Virus record (IMG/VR): IMGVR_UViG_3300005842_000001
Span: 1-64,000 of that record
DNA: 64,000 nucleotides
DNA from: a virus
Direction: 5' to 3' (one strand)
Shown: one piece after another, positions 28,246 through 38,634 of the stretch
Position numbering within the stretch: the stretch's first letter is position 1
Layout: each line of letters opens with the position of its first letter
Notes under the pieces: generated by a model
Seen by the model: only the letters and a program-made list of their open reading frames with translations
The model's database searches: none
Told to the model about the DNA's origin: nothing
Position numbers and translations under genes: made by a program

Positions 28246-28626
28246 ATGTTCGTGATTCTCTGGGTGCTTGACAACATTGGAACCGCGCTCACAGTTGCAG
28301 CGGCTTTAGTAATCTTTGCGGTCGTTTGCGTACCGATGAGTCACCGACCTATAATTGAAAGAGTGTTCGGATTGTTCATCGGAATTTCGACGATGGGATC
28401 AGCACTTGATCGTTTTGCGCAGGTCATGGCTCAATATGACGTAGATGGTAGCGTTCGTTGCGTGGCTATGCTCATCTTCGATATTTCAAAAATGGGCATC
28501 GTGATTACAGGCGGCATGTTGCTCTATCGGTATATCGTGATGAAGAGAATGAACTGCGCTAGTGCTGATCGTTATGTGAAAAAATTGTCTGATCAAAAGA
28601 CTCCATTTTTTGCGGTGTCTCATTAA
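28246..28626 (+). CDS. membrane protein
   Basis: Three hydrophobic segments; AAGGAG RBS. Confidence 0.6.
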   Translation: MFVILWVLDNIGTALTVAAALVIFAVVCVPMSHRPIIERVFGLFIGISTMGSALDRFAQVMAQYDVDGSVRCVAMLIFDISKMGIVITGGMLLYRYIVMKRMNCASADRYVKKLSDQKTPFFAVSH

Positions 28627-28679
28627 GCTACGAATCGTGCCAGTGGTAAAACGCTGGCACGAATTATGAAAGGTAGAAG

Positions 28680-31600
28680 TTGATGCGAACTATTACGCAG
28701 TCAATTGTGCGCAGGAGAGCGCAAAGTGCGATTCTAGGTCAACGTGGCTCCCTCACGCCGCCATTCTATGCCGGTGCTGTTTCAATCGCACCGCCACTGT
28801 CGTCAAGGTATCTTGCCTACCACGAAGGCTCCCTGGGCGTTCTCGATGGTAGCGGCAACCCGCAAACTACTGCGTTCGGCATCGTCGGCACATGGCAGGA
28901 CCAGAGCGTCAACGGCAACCATCGCGTTCAGTCCAACAATGCTCTCCGCCCATTTGCCCGTACAGCCAGCACGCCTGGACTCAAAGTCGTACCAGCAGTC
29001 TACCCGTTCACAGATAACGCTAGAGCGCTTCCTTGTTCGACAATCATCATCGACAAACGAAACACGTCGTTCTATGCCATCGTCGACACCGATTATCAAG
29101 TTGCCTTCAATAATGCAGAATCAAGGGTACTTTGGTCAAGCAGTGCTGGCACGTTGCAATATGATTTAGCATCCTTGAGCTTTGGAAGGCTTCAATGGGT
29201 AGATGCCGGGGGAACGCACGATACTGGACTACGACTCTCGGCAGGATGGAATCTCGTTGGGGTGCAACTACTTGCAACAGCGGTCGTGGTCTGGGTCAAC
29301 GATCAAAGCGTTTCTTATGCTGCTCTCAGTGCCGGCACGGTCACAGGCGACATACTGTTTAACAATGCTGGCGGGGTATCAAGTTGGAAGGGAAGTTGCC
29401 CGGTGGCTGTTCTGCACACTCCCGCCATTACTGCTGGCGAAAAGTCTTCCTTGATTGATCCGTGGGCCAGAAGCCGAAGAGTGAATTACACGACATCAAC
29501 CACCCCGCTCTTGATCGGTTTCGGCAACTCGCTGGCTTCTGGATTATCCGCAAAAGATTGGCAGGGCTACCTCTGGCAGTGCGATTACGGCGACGCGCTT
29601 TACCACAATGTTGCATTTGCCGGCAAGCAGTGGACTGATGCGAACGATCCACTGAATCTAAATGGCGTCAATCTTAATGACATTAACAGGCTTGGCATCT
29701 GTCTCGGTGATCTTGGGACAAATGATATATATTTAGGAGTCCCGGCAGCCACAGCGTTCGCCAATCGTTCTACTGTGATTGCCAGATTGCGTGCTGCTGG
29801 TCTGTTTTTCATTGAGCTATTACTCACCCCTTCTTTGGGGATTGTGAATGCAGGGCATGAGGCAGAGAGACTTGCCTATAATGCGTTGGTGCTGGCGGAA
29901 ACTGATAGGGTTCACAGTAACTATAAGATCGGCATTCCAGCTAATCTTGCTGACTATAGCAACCTTGATTATTACACTGTTGATGGTGTGCATTACACCA
30001 GGCTGGGGCATGCTCAGTATCCGCCTGAGTTCCAGTCTGCATTGAATTCAGTGCTTGCGTTGAGAAGCCAGGTCAGTACGCTGCAAGCTAAGTATTATTT
30101 CAATGGCGATTATTCTGACAGCACCATTTACACCAGAGACTTGACAGTCATCACAGGAAGTCCGTCTTTCAGTGCTGGGATTGGCGGACAACAGCGACTC
30201 ACTCTCGTCAAGGCATCCAGTCAAAGCGTCTCCCACATTGTTGCCAGTAGTGGAAACAATCCGGGTGTCTTTGACTGGTATCCAATGACGATTGCGTTTT
30301 GGTTGACTACGACCAATTCAACAAGTGGTACGATCATAGCCAACAGTGACAATGCCGGCGTTGGCTTCAATTGCTATCTCGATACGCATGGCCAGATTCA
30401 TTTCGACTTGGTTCGGCAAGCAGCGGCAGGCAGTGTCGCATCAGGGCCAACGTCATTTGCAGTTAATGACGGCGTGACACGGTTTGTTGCTATTGTCATT
30501 GATTCAGCCGGAGTGAGGATTTATGTCTCTCCTACCTCCAACCCTGCCCTTGCAGGACTGGAAACATCGACGGCATGGACTGGCACTCCTGGGAAGTTTG
30601 TGCCGTCCAGCCGGGCATTGCGTATAGGCGTGGATCAAGCCGGAACTACTTTCACCGACATGTCGATGCAGACGTGTTACTTCTTTGCGGAATCTAAGTC
30701 ACTGGTAGACCTGCAAGCACTTCAGGCGATCCCCGGAACAGCAGCGCCAGAACCACCAGTTTTGACCACTGGTGTTTACACGACAGGAAGTATGCCGGTC
30801 ACTGCACTCCCACCGCTGAACCACAACAGTACAATTACGCTCTACAAGTTCTACATAGCTTTGCACAGCGGGGGAGCGCATCCTGATGATTTCACCCTTG
30901 CTGGCACTTCTGTCACACCCAATTTCACATACACAGTTACTGACGGTCAGGACTACCACATCAGATGTACGGCAGTAAATGCAATTGGCGAAAGTGCCGA
31001 TAGCAATGTTGTGACGTTTACCGCTACCGCTGTTTCGTCAGTGGCCGGAGCTACAGTGATATTCGATGCCTGGGTTGGCCCTTACACTGACGATGGAGTA
31101 ACGCTCTGCACTGCCAGCGGCGACAGGATTAAGCAACTCACGAATCAAGCCGTGGCTAACTACGGATCGCAGCCGACCGCCAACCTCCGGGGCGTCTACA
31201 AGATGTACCGGCAGAACGGGCGGCCAGCGATTCAGTTCAGCGGTGGCCAGTTCCTGAAGTTCTTGAACGCGATCAACACCTGGCCTTGCACGGTTGCTAT
31301 CGCCGGGTATTGGCGGGACTTTACCGGCGTCAATGGTCGCATCTTGGGACTAGGCGGCCCGCAGAGCTTGTTCAGTACCGGCACCAACTGGACAGCCTAC
31401 GCCATACCAGGCGGGTTTACTCAAGACCTGGGGGCCAGCGCATCAGTTCCTAAAGTAGCTGTCATCCGCTTCGATCATTCAGCGGCCTGGAAAGTTTGTT
31501 TCAATGGTGTGCTTGGCGGCAACCTCCAATTTAACGCTGCGGCATCCGGCAATCTTGCTATCGGTGCTCACGGTGACGATGGCGGGGAATGGGCTGATGT

Positions 31601-31697
31601 TGAGTTTTATCGCTTCAAATTCTGGCCCAGCATTCTCAATGATGCCAATGTGCTGCTGGCCGCTGCCGAAATGAACAGCCTGCTGGCGATTTACTAA
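28680..31697 (+). CDS. LamG/ConA-like + SGNH esterase + FN3 multidomain virion or receptor-binding protein
   Basis: SGNH blocks GNSLASG, LGTND, DGVH; W.DQS.NGNH and LamG-like strands; FN3-like Y.I.CTAVNAIGESADS. Confidence 0.7.
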   Translation: MMRTITQSIVRRRAQSAILGQRGSLTPPFYAGAVSIAPPLSSRYLAYHEGSLGVLDGSGNPQTTAFGIVGTWQDQSVNGNHRVQSNNALRPFARTASTPGLKVVPAVYPFTDNARALPCSTIIIDKRNTSFYAIVDTDYQVAFNNAESRVLWSSSAGTLQYDLASLSFGRLQWVDAGGTHDTGLRLSAGWNLVGVQLLATAVVVWVNDQSVSYAALSAGTVTGDILFNNAGGVSSWKGSCPVAVLHTPAITAGEKSSLIDPWARSRRVNYTTSTTPLLIGFGNSLASGLSAKDWQGYLWQCDYGDALYHNVAFAGKQWTDANDPLNLNGVNLNDINRLGICLGDLGTNDIYLGVPAATAFANRSTVIARLRAAGLFFIELLLTPSLGIVNAGHEAERLAYNALVLAETDRVHSNYKIGIPANLADYSNLDYYTVDGVHYTRLGHAQYPPEFQSALNSVLALRSQVSTLQAKYYFNGDYSDSTIYTRDLTVITGSPSFSAGIGGQQRLTLVKASSQSVSHIVASSGNNPGVFDWYPMTIAFWLTTTNSTSGTIIANSDNAGVGFNCYLDTHGQIHFDLVRQAAAGSVASGPTSFAVNDGVTRFVAIVIDSAGVRIYVSPTSNPALAGLETSTAWTGTPGKFVPSSRALRIGVDQAGTTFTDMSMQTCYFFAESKSLVDLQALQAIPGTAAPEPPVLTTGVYTTGSMPVTALPPLNHNSTITLYKFYIALHSGGAHPDDFTLAGTSVTPNFTYTVTDGQDYHIRCTAVNAIGESADSNVVTFTATAVSSVAGATVIFDAWVGPYTDDGVTLCTASGDRIKQLTNQAVANYGSQPTANLRGVYKMYRQNGRPAIQFSGGQFLKFLNAINTWPCTVAIAGYWRDFTGVNGRILGLGGPQSLFSTGTNWTAYAIPGGFTQDLGASASVPKVAVIRFDHSAAWKVCFNGVLGGNLQFNAAASGNLAIGAHGDDGGEWADVEFYRFKFWPSILNDANVLLAAAEMNSLLAIY

Positions 31698-31706
31698 GGA
31701 ACCGTC

Positions 31707-34013
31707 ATGAAAACATTACTTTCCTTGCTGCTGATTCTTTTCAGTAGCACCGTTGCAGCCCAATCCCCCATCGCCTTATCGACGAGCGATCCCAAGTTTG
31801 CGCCACACTCAGAGATCATACCAAAACCGATAGCAGCGCTGGCGTTTGGCACTAGAGGCCCAGGCTATGCTAACGGTTCACGTCCTGCTGGCCGATTCGA
31901 TGTTGCGTATGCTCTCGTCGATGAACAAAGCAAGCTGTCGCCACTGTCAAAGCCAGTAACAATTGCATCATCGTCATCCGACTGGGATATTGTGGTGTCG
32001 ACGCCGGTGCTTGATCTGTGGACACGCGCGATCGGAACGATGTGGGTATACAGAGCAACAGGAACAGCCGAATGGAAGTCTCTCGGTTGCAATCGTAACT
32101 GTGTAGTGCCATGGGCAGCGACTCGACCATTTATGCCGCTTGTAGGTTGGGATCATTCGTTGGGTGGCTTTCAACTCTTCTCAACACAAAACTTCTGGCC
32201 GACATTCAGTGATGTTTACTGGAAACAAACATCGACGCTGGCACAACCACCACCGCCATCGGTTCGTTTGCTTTCATGCCCGAACATTGCTTTAGAAGCT
32301 GCCTATTCGTGGGCATGCAATGAAGGAGAGACGCCGTTATCAGACGTAACAAGTATCGCTGCTGTTCCTGGCAATCCTGCAACGATTCATGCACCATGTC
32401 AGTTGTACCGCAACATTATACCACCACAAGGCGCTCTCGGTTCTTACGTCTATTTGAGAGTGCCGGGTGGTCAGTGGCATCGTCAAAAATCCCATCAATC
32501 AGCAGACAGCTATCTATGGCCGATTGACTCAAATCAATTACCGATCAATGAATATGTTGAAACAGGCGTCAAGCCCAGCGGCATCGTCGGCAAGTCATGG
32601 CTTAGTTCAATCCATCTGGCGATGCGTGATTGGCGACGAGACGTGATCATTGACACCGATCAGACTATTTGCTGCCCGGTAATTTCAGCTTATGATGGGC
32701 CAAGTTGGGTATATGACCCACGCAATCAGCAGATCGCTTTTGGTGTGAATGCTTTTGCTTACCCCAACGAAGGATGGACTCTATCAATTGATGGTGTCAC
32801 AAGCGGCTACCTTCGCCCTACGTCCGGCTGGCAAACTTGGCAGCAAGTCGCTGATACTGCATTTGGCCCCGGTAATGTTGAGCTTCGATATGGTAGCGGC
32901 TTTGGTGGCGTGGTGATCGTTTTCACTGGCAAGTATGCAGCGACAGACATGACGAATCGCATCAAGACTGATTTCACGAAACTTTATCAGATCAACAACA
33001 ACGATGCTAGCAAGCCGCTAATGGATACATCAGTACCGCCAAAGCCGATTCCTTTTGCAGTTCCTATAGTCGATTCCTATACTCAGTCAGCGCGTAGTTG
33101 GTACATGTCAGCAGGTGGTCAGAAGTTCAATCGAACGATTGCAACAGGAAATGGCGGTGGGTGGGTTCTCAGTGACACAGCGACGACGCCAGAAGGCAAG
33201 TCGAGCTATCCTGGTGACTGGCCTTTGTGGGTAGAGAACAGCCAGCGAACTCGACTGATCGGTTGCAAGATGACACGGAACCAGTCCAATTGTGGAATAG
33301 CTTTTATAGATCATTCAGGCGGCGGTGCTTTTTCATTCACAGCGAAAGATTGTGCTTGCTCTGCTGGCGTAGGAAATAATGGCAACACTTATGGAGTTCG
33401 ATGTACCTGGACAAGCAGAGGGCCAGCTTGGAACAACCATTCAGCGTCTGAGCCATATTTTGAAAACTGTTCTTTCCAAGCGAAACACTGCATAGTCTGT
33501 GAAGGTGGCCAGTCAGTCAACTGGTTATTCAACACTACCTACGGCGCTGGTGATGGCACCATTGAATCTTCAATCGTCACACAAGCCAACTCAGGGGCTA
33601 TGTCTTTCAAAGGCAGAACAAACGTCGATAACTCACGCACCATCGGCGCTATGACATGGGCAGGAAAGGTTGACATTGAAGGCATTTGGCTCGATCAGGG
33701 TGTACCGTGTTGGTTTACGATCACCGGCAACACGTTCCCAGCCATGTCGATCAATGGTACCAAGATCAATCAGTGGCGTGATTGGCTACATGTCATCGAA
33801 GCGCCGACAGGCAGCATAGGCTATCCGGTCAATTTGACGTTGAGCAATCTCGATTCTCAGTTCAATGGCCAGCCGGTAACAATGCTTGCATCGACTCGTG
33901 ACATGCTTACCGTCACTCAGAAAGACCCGGTGAACTTGCTTGCAAATCTTGTGAAGACGGGACTTGTCACGATTCCAGTACCTGTTAAAAAGCAAATGCT
34001 ACGAAGCAGATGA
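31707..34013 (+). CDS. signal-peptide-bearing large beta-rich protein
   Basis: MKTLLSLLLILFSSTVAA signal peptide; C-terminal half has beta-helix-like N/C/G ladders. Confidence 0.65.
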   Translation: MKTLLSLLLILFSSTVAAQSPIALSTSDPKFAPHSEIIPKPIAALAFGTRGPGYANGSRPAGRFDVAYALVDEQSKLSPLSKPVTIASSSSDWDIVVSTPVLDLWTRAIGTMWVYRATGTAEWKSLGCNRNCVVPWAATRPFMPLVGWDHSLGGFQLFSTQNFWPTFSDVYWKQTSTLAQPPPPSVRLLSCPNIALEAAYSWACNEGETPLSDVTSIAAVPGNPATIHAPCQLYRNIIPPQGALGSYVYLRVPGGQWHRQKSHQSADSYLWPIDSNQLPINEYVETGVKPSGIVGKSWLSSIHLAMRDWRRDVIIDTDQTICCPVISAYDGPSWVYDPRNQQIAFGVNAFAYPNEGWTLSIDGVTSGYLRPTSGWQTWQQVADTAFGPGNVELRYGSGFGGVVIVFTGKYAATDMTNRIKTDFTKLYQINNNDASKPLMDTSVPPKPIPFAVPIVDSYTQSARSWYMSAGGQKFNRTIATGNGGGWVLSDTATTPEGKSSYPGDWPLWVENSQRTRLIGCKMTRNQSNCGIAFIDHSGGGAFSFTAKDCACSAGVGNNGNTYGVRCTWTSRGPAWNNHSASEPYFENCSFQAKHCIVCEGGQSVNWLFNTTYGAGDGTIESSIVTQANSGAMSFKGRTNVDNSRTIGAMTWAGKVDIEGIWLDQGVPCWFTITGNTFPAMSINGTKINQWRDWLHVIEAPTGSIGYPVNLTLSNLDSQFNGQPVTMLASTRDMLTVTQKDPVNLLANLVKTGLVTIPVPVKKQMLRSR

Positions 34014-34067
34014 CGCTATATATGTGTTTCGGTATCATGTCAACAACTCTGTTTCAAGGAGAGGCTC

Positions 34068-34304
34068 ATGAATTGTTTACTCGGCTGTCTGATGACAGTC
34101 ATCTGTTTCTTGCTCGTCGGCGCTGATGCTGAGGCATCTCGTCGGCATCGAAGTAAGAATCAATGCAACGGCGAGACGTGTTCTTCGCCTGTAGTCAACT
34201 CTGCTCAATGCAGCAAGCCAGCGCAAGCAGTCAAGAAGGATTGCCCATGCGATAACTGCAAGTGCCAGCAGTGCGAATGCGACAAGAAGTCGAAAAAGAA
34301 GTAA
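34068..34304 (+). CDS. small exported Cys-rich protein
   Basis: Signal peptide ending ADAEA; CPCDNCKCQQCEC metallothionein-like tail. Confidence 0.6.
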   Translation: MNCLLGCLMTVICFLLVGADAEASRRHRSKNQCNGETCSSPVVNSAQCSKPAQAVKKDCPCDNCKCQQCECDKKSKKK

Positions 34305-34324
34305 GCCACTCTGAGAGGTGCGCT

Positions 34325-34792
34325 ATGTCGTGTGTTATCAAAGTCATCGTGGAAGGGTGTCACTGTGATTGCAAACCTGCAACACCACCCGCCCCGAAAA
34401 TCGGTAAGGGAGATTCAGTTACCATGGAAAAGATGCAATACCCCATTTTCGCCATTCCTGAAAAAACAAAGGAGGATGTGACCAAGATCACATTCAACTA
34501 TCAATCGGATGGCGAGCCTCAACAAACTCTTGAACTTGCTGGGCAAGTTGCAACCCCTGAAGCCCCTCAGTTCTTCTATGTCACTCCGAACATTCCTGGT
34601 AAGTGTTGGTGGACTGAGCGTGACAAGAGTGGGCTGGAATCTTTACCAAGTCCCGCCGCTGATTACACTGGCACTGATGAAACACCGCCGCCAGCAGTTG
34701 CAGGAGCGCCAAGCATCGGGAAAGGCGACACGATTGAACTTCCTGATCCACCCGCCCCACCTGAACCGCCGCCACCGGCCCCGCCAGTCTAA
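34325..34792 (+). CDS. Pro-rich hypothetical protein
   Basis: GAGGTG RBS; internal repeat P(K/S)IGKGD; poly-Pro C-terminus. Confidence 0.6.
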   Translation: MSCVIKVIVEGCHCDCKPATPPAPKIGKGDSVTMEKMQYPIFAIPEKTKEDVTKITFNYQSDGEPQQTLELAGQVATPEAPQFFYVTPNIPGKCWWTERDKSGLESLPSPAADYTGTDETPPPAVAGAPSIGKGDTIELPDPPAPPEPPPPAPPV

Positions 34793-34815
34793 ATGAACAT
34801 GGTTCAAATGAACTC

Positions 34816-34851
34816 AACGCCGTACACTTCTCAAGGTGTACGGCGTTTTTC
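34816..34851 (+). terminator. Rho-independent terminator
   Basis: AACGCCGTACAC / GTGTACGGCGTT stem plus T run. Confidence 0.75.
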
Positions 34852-35089
34852 CATGTAGAGACCTGCTGATGATTTATCGATTGATCGTGATTCTACTGGC
34901 TAGTTTTGGCTTCTCTATCATCACTTCTTTTTTTTGGTTTCATTTCGCCACTTTGCATATCTATACGCAACATGGCCCGATCTTCATTCTGGCACAAGAT
35001 CAAAAAGCAGTGCTGATCGTCGGCGGCTGTGCTTTTGTTGTGGGTCTGGTACTGTTTGGAAGAATAGATAAACTCAAAAGGTAACTACG

Positions 35090-35563
35090 ATGGAATTGCT
35101 CAACAAAGCTGTGAACGCCTTCGTCCTGATGCTTTTCGGGTTCATGTCAGGCGTTCTGTTGGGGCCATTCGTCATTCAGTGGATCAAGGGATACTTCATC
35201 TCTGTAGATGCTGCTGATTTAATTCTTTCAATCGAAGGTGTGAATATGTTCAATCAGATGAAGATCGGGACTCCTGGTCGGATCAGCTTGAAGCCGGTCG
35301 ATGCTATCGGCACTCTACTTGCATCGCCGCCGCCGATAACTTTTGACACAGCGCCGTCATGGACGTGCGTTCCTGCTGAACAGGCAAAACTTATTCCAAG
35401 TCCAGATGGGTTATCATGCTCTATCGTACCATCGGGACTGGGTGATCTTCAGATTGGTGTTGCCTTCAAGCTGACTGGCAAAACCGCTGCAACAAAGCAA
35501 GTCACTGTCACGATCACTCCGGGCGATGTTGCCGATCTGTCGCCAGTGTTTGAAGCCAACTAG
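35090..35563 (+). CDS. Ig-like beta protein, possibly membrane-anchored
   Basis: N-terminal TM segment; W...P....L.PS.DGLSC.I..G Ig-like strands. Confidence 0.5.
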   Translation: MELLNKAVNAFVLMLFGFMSGVLLGPFVIQWIKGYFISVDAADLILSIEGVNMFNQMKIGTPGRISLKPVDAIGTLLASPPPITFDTAPSWTCVPAEQAKLIPSPDGLSCSIVPSGLGDLQIGVAFKLTGKTAATKQVTVTITPGDVADLSPVFEAN

Positions 35564-35606
35564 GTTCTGAGTTGGTAGAATTGATTCAACTTGCCAGGAG
35601 AGAGAC

Positions 35607-36269
35607 ATGACTTCCCAGCTACAACGTCCAATCATTTCTACCAAACTCCTGTTGCAAGTTGCCGCCGTTGGTGGCACATTACCTCAGACATTCAAATCGT
35701 CTCTATACCCTTCGCTCTTTGCCATGGCGAAGGGTGCAGTAGCGAACATCACTGATAACAGTTCTAATTTCTGGGCAGTTCGATTGTGGGAACGTGAGAA
35801 AGTATCCTCATTGCGCTGGCTGGCGATTGAAGGTGTTACCCCTGGCGCTGGCACTATCGGCATTGCTATTGCTTTGGTGCCTCGAATCACACCGATTCAC
35901 GGCATTGCCGCTGCTGATGCTGCTGACAATAAGGCAGTTATCGGGTCTGGCAGGTCATTGGCTCGAATTGCACGAGCCACATTAACTGTCGATTCAGCGT
36001 TGATTATTCCTTCCGATTCGTATGAACCATTTACAGGTGCAACTCTCTTGGGTTCGCCGCCGAGAGCTTTACGGCCATTCTCAGGCATCACATGGGCAAG
36101 ACGTGATTCTTCTATCCAGTTTGCCGATGATGGTTTTGCCACTGGAAACATCGGGCAAATCAATCTCGATCTGAGCTATACCGAGTTCGTTTGTGTGTCA
36201 GTCGAAGCCATCTCTTCGGGTACTCCGATTGGTGGCGTTGCTTGCGGCATCGACATTGAATCTCAGTAG
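35607..36269 (+). CDS. hypothetical protein
   Basis: AGGAG RBS; 220-aa ORF. Confidence 0.6.
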   Translation: MTSQLQRPIISTKLLLQVAAVGGTLPQTFKSSLYPSLFAMAKGAVANITDNSSNFWAVRLWEREKVSSLRWLAIEGVTPGAGTIGIAIALVPRITPIHGIAAADAADNKAVIGSGRSLARIARATLTVDSALIIPSDSYEPFTGATLLGSPPRALRPFSGITWARRDSSIQFADDGFATGNIGQINLDLSYTEFVCVSVEAISSGTPIGGVACGIDIESQ

Positions 36270-36280
36270 CAGGTGAGAAC

Positions 36281-37828
36281 ATGCCAGCGGTTTTGGACAA
36301 CGAAAAAATAAAAAATCAGGAAATTGTCAAGCCCTCAAAGATGTACCGGGTTGAGCGTGTTCGTCTATTTGAATCAGGCAACCACAAGGGCATCGTCTAC
36401 GAAAAAAAAGACATTGATGATGCTGTTAATAATTTCAACGCATTCAGCACACCAGAAGTACACAAGCTGGAAGTTCCAATTGTTCTCGGACACGAGGAAG
36501 CGCAAGTCCTACTTGATATGACTGGCCACCCTGCGGCGGGCTGGATCGAATCAGTTTGGGCCGAATTAGAGGGCATTGAAGAGCCTTTCATCGACGACAA
36601 TGGCAATGTGAAATGGCGTCAACGTGAAGCCTATTTTCTGTACGGGAACTTTTACAAAGTCCCTGAAGATGTAGCACAGTGGATCGTGGATGGAGCATAT
36701 AGATATTTATCTTGCGAGTTCAGCAAACGAGAGAAGCCACCCGCTGGCGTCCCGGCGATTGGCCCGATGCTGCTGCGCGTTGCGATTCTTGGTGCTACAC
36801 AGCCTCACGTCAAAAGTTTAGGACCACTGCCCTCCCCGATTCCTGATTACTCTGTAAACTTGTTTTCAGACAGTGATTCAGCAGCCTGTGACATTGTAAC
36901 TTTGCTACTCCCCATCAAGGGAGCAACTTGCTTCAGTGAGGATAAAGCCATGAACGATGCGATGATGAACGCTCTTGCTGCTCAAGGTATCCCTCCTGAA
37001 GCCTGTAAAGTTTTGGCTTCTATCGATCCCACCAAGTATGCTTCAGTCGGCAAGGCTTTCTCTGAAGCTGGCAATCCTCAACCGCCTCAACCCGGTGGTC
37101 AGGCTGGCTCTTTTGATCGTGCTGCTACGATTGAAAAGCTCAGCGCATTGCCCAACGCTGATCGTGACGCCATCGGCAAGATGAGTGATGATGAACTCAA
37201 GTCGATGTACAGCAAGTCCAAGTTTGCTGATGGCGGTGGCAACAATGCTCCTGGCAACAATGACGTTGCCAATCCTGGCACCGGTGGCAATGGCACTCAG
37301 AAGCCATCTTTTGCCGCTGATGACAAGAAGGACGATCAGAAGTTTTCAGTGATCAACCAAAAGACCAAGGAACTCGAAAGCGAAATGATCGAGTTCCGGA
37401 AGTGGCGTCAAAGCACTGAGGGCAAGTTGAACGCTGAAGCGAAACAACGTGCTGATGCCGAATACGCTGCAACGTGCAAAGAGATTGATAAGTTTTGCAC
37501 CGATCAAGTTGCTGCTTTCCGCATTACTGCTCGTGAGGCTCCGCTTCACGCTAATGCAATGAAGGAGATGGCAAAACTGCCAACCTTCAAGACGGATGTG
37601 GTCAAGTTCAGCGACGACAAGGGCAAAGAAGTTACTGGTAATCCTGTTGAGGCGTACAAGGCGACAATTCTTGCCCGTAGTGTGATGAAGTTTTCTCAAG
37701 ATCGAATTGTCTCACCTGCCCCAGGTGGCAAGGAACTCACCCGCGCTCAACGCATGATCGCCGGTTCACGAATCGGCAAAGATATTGCCGAGATGAACCG
37801 TAAGAAGGCAGCGACTGCTACCAAGTAA
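36281..37828 (+). CDS. Mu gpI-like prohead protease with C-terminal scaffold
   Basis: PIVLGH, PAAGWI, YRYLSCEF, LLRVAILGA.QP.VK.L motifs followed by a low-complexity/coiled-coil scaffold. Confidence 0.85.
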   Translation: MPAVLDNEKIKNQEIVKPSKMYRVERVRLFESGNHKGIVYEKKDIDDAVNNFNAFSTPEVHKLEVPIVLGHEEAQVLLDMTGHPAAGWIESVWAELEGIEEPFIDDNGNVKWRQREAYFLYGNFYKVPEDVAQWIVDGAYRYLSCEFSKREKPPAGVPAIGPMLLRVAILGATQPHVKSLGPLPSPIPDYSVNLFSDSDSAACDIVTLLLPIKGATCFSEDKAMNDAMMNALAAQGIPPEACKVLASIDPTKYASVGKAFSEAGNPQPPQPGGQAGSFDRAATIEKLSALPNADRDAIGKMSDDELKSMYSKSKFADGGGNNAPGNNDVANPGTGGNGTQKPSFAADDKKDDQKFSVINQKTKELESEMIEFRKWRQSTEGKLNAEAKQRADAEYAATCKEIDKFCTDQVAAFRITAREAPLHANAMKEMAKLPTFKTDVVKFSDDKGKEVTGNPVEAYKATILARSVMKFSQDRIVSPAPGGKELTRAQRMIAGSRIGKDIAEMNRKKAATATK

Positions 37829-37908
37829 AAAAACGAATCGGTTCTCAGATGCCCAACGGTGGGCATCTTCTCTGGTAAAACAAGGCATCTTGATTCGGAG
37901 AAACGCAA

Positions 37909-38634
37909 ATGGCAACTTCAGCACTCAAAACATTCAGCCCCCGAATCACCCCAGCTTGGCCCGCTGGCAAGGTGCCTGTCGCCACACAGCCTGTTAAACT
38001 TGCTGCCAGCACTTCATACACTGCGGGTGCGATTCTTGGCGAATTGCTCGGCACGAATGAAGTGCAAATCCTGACTCCTGGCGGCACGATTTCAGGTGGA
38101 ACCTGGACGATCACCTATAGCGGTCAAACGACTTCCGCTTTGGCTTACAACGCAACAGCAGCCACCATCCAGACAGCCCTTGAAGCACTGTCGAATGTTG
38201 GTGCTGGCAACATTGCTGTTACCGGTGGGCCTATCTCTTCTGGTGTTGTCACTCTGACATTCCAGAACGATCTGGGTTATCAGAACGTGGCAGCAGTGAC
38301 CGTGGGTACTGGCTCACTCACTGGATCATCGCCAACTCTCACGCCTTCGACGACTACCCAAGGCGCTACGGGTACAGATGGCGGCTACGATACTTACAGT
38401 GCTTCATCTGTGACTGGCCTTCAAACTCCGAAGGCGATCTTGGCTGACACTGTGACCACTGACTCTAACGGCAAGGTCATCAATGATGACGGAACCACGT
38501 CAACGCATGCAACAGCATACTTGACTGGCTCTTTCAGGTCTGATGACGTGCCGACGATCACCGATGCGATCTTGACTGCCAAGGGTGGCCGATGGCTTGT
38601 CGGCAACTCTGCTGGCGGCATCTTCCAGTGGTAA
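37909..38634 (+). CDS. head decoration protein with inserted beta domain
   Basis: AGAILGE....P.AILA....A.AY..G.F pattern of decoration proteins; lies between protease and capsid. Confidence 0.7.
   Translation: MATSALKTFSPRITPAWPAGKVPVATQPVKLAASTSYTAGAILGELLGTNEVQILTPGGTISGGTWTITYSGQTTSALAYNATAATIQTALEALSNVGAGNIAVTGGPISSGVVTLTFQNDLGYQNVAAVTVGTGSLTGSSPTLTPSTTTQGATGTDGGYDTYSASSVTGLQTPKAILADTVTTDSNGKVINDDGTTSTHATAYLTGSFRSDDVPTITDAILTAKGGRWLVGNSAGGIFQW

Noticed and set aside
28635-28662. Hairpin TCGTGCCAG...CTGGCACGA sharing 9 bp with the window start
   Set aside because: A 9-bp match is expected by chance and is not evidence of a terminal repeat; the hairpin lacks a T tract so was not called a terminator.
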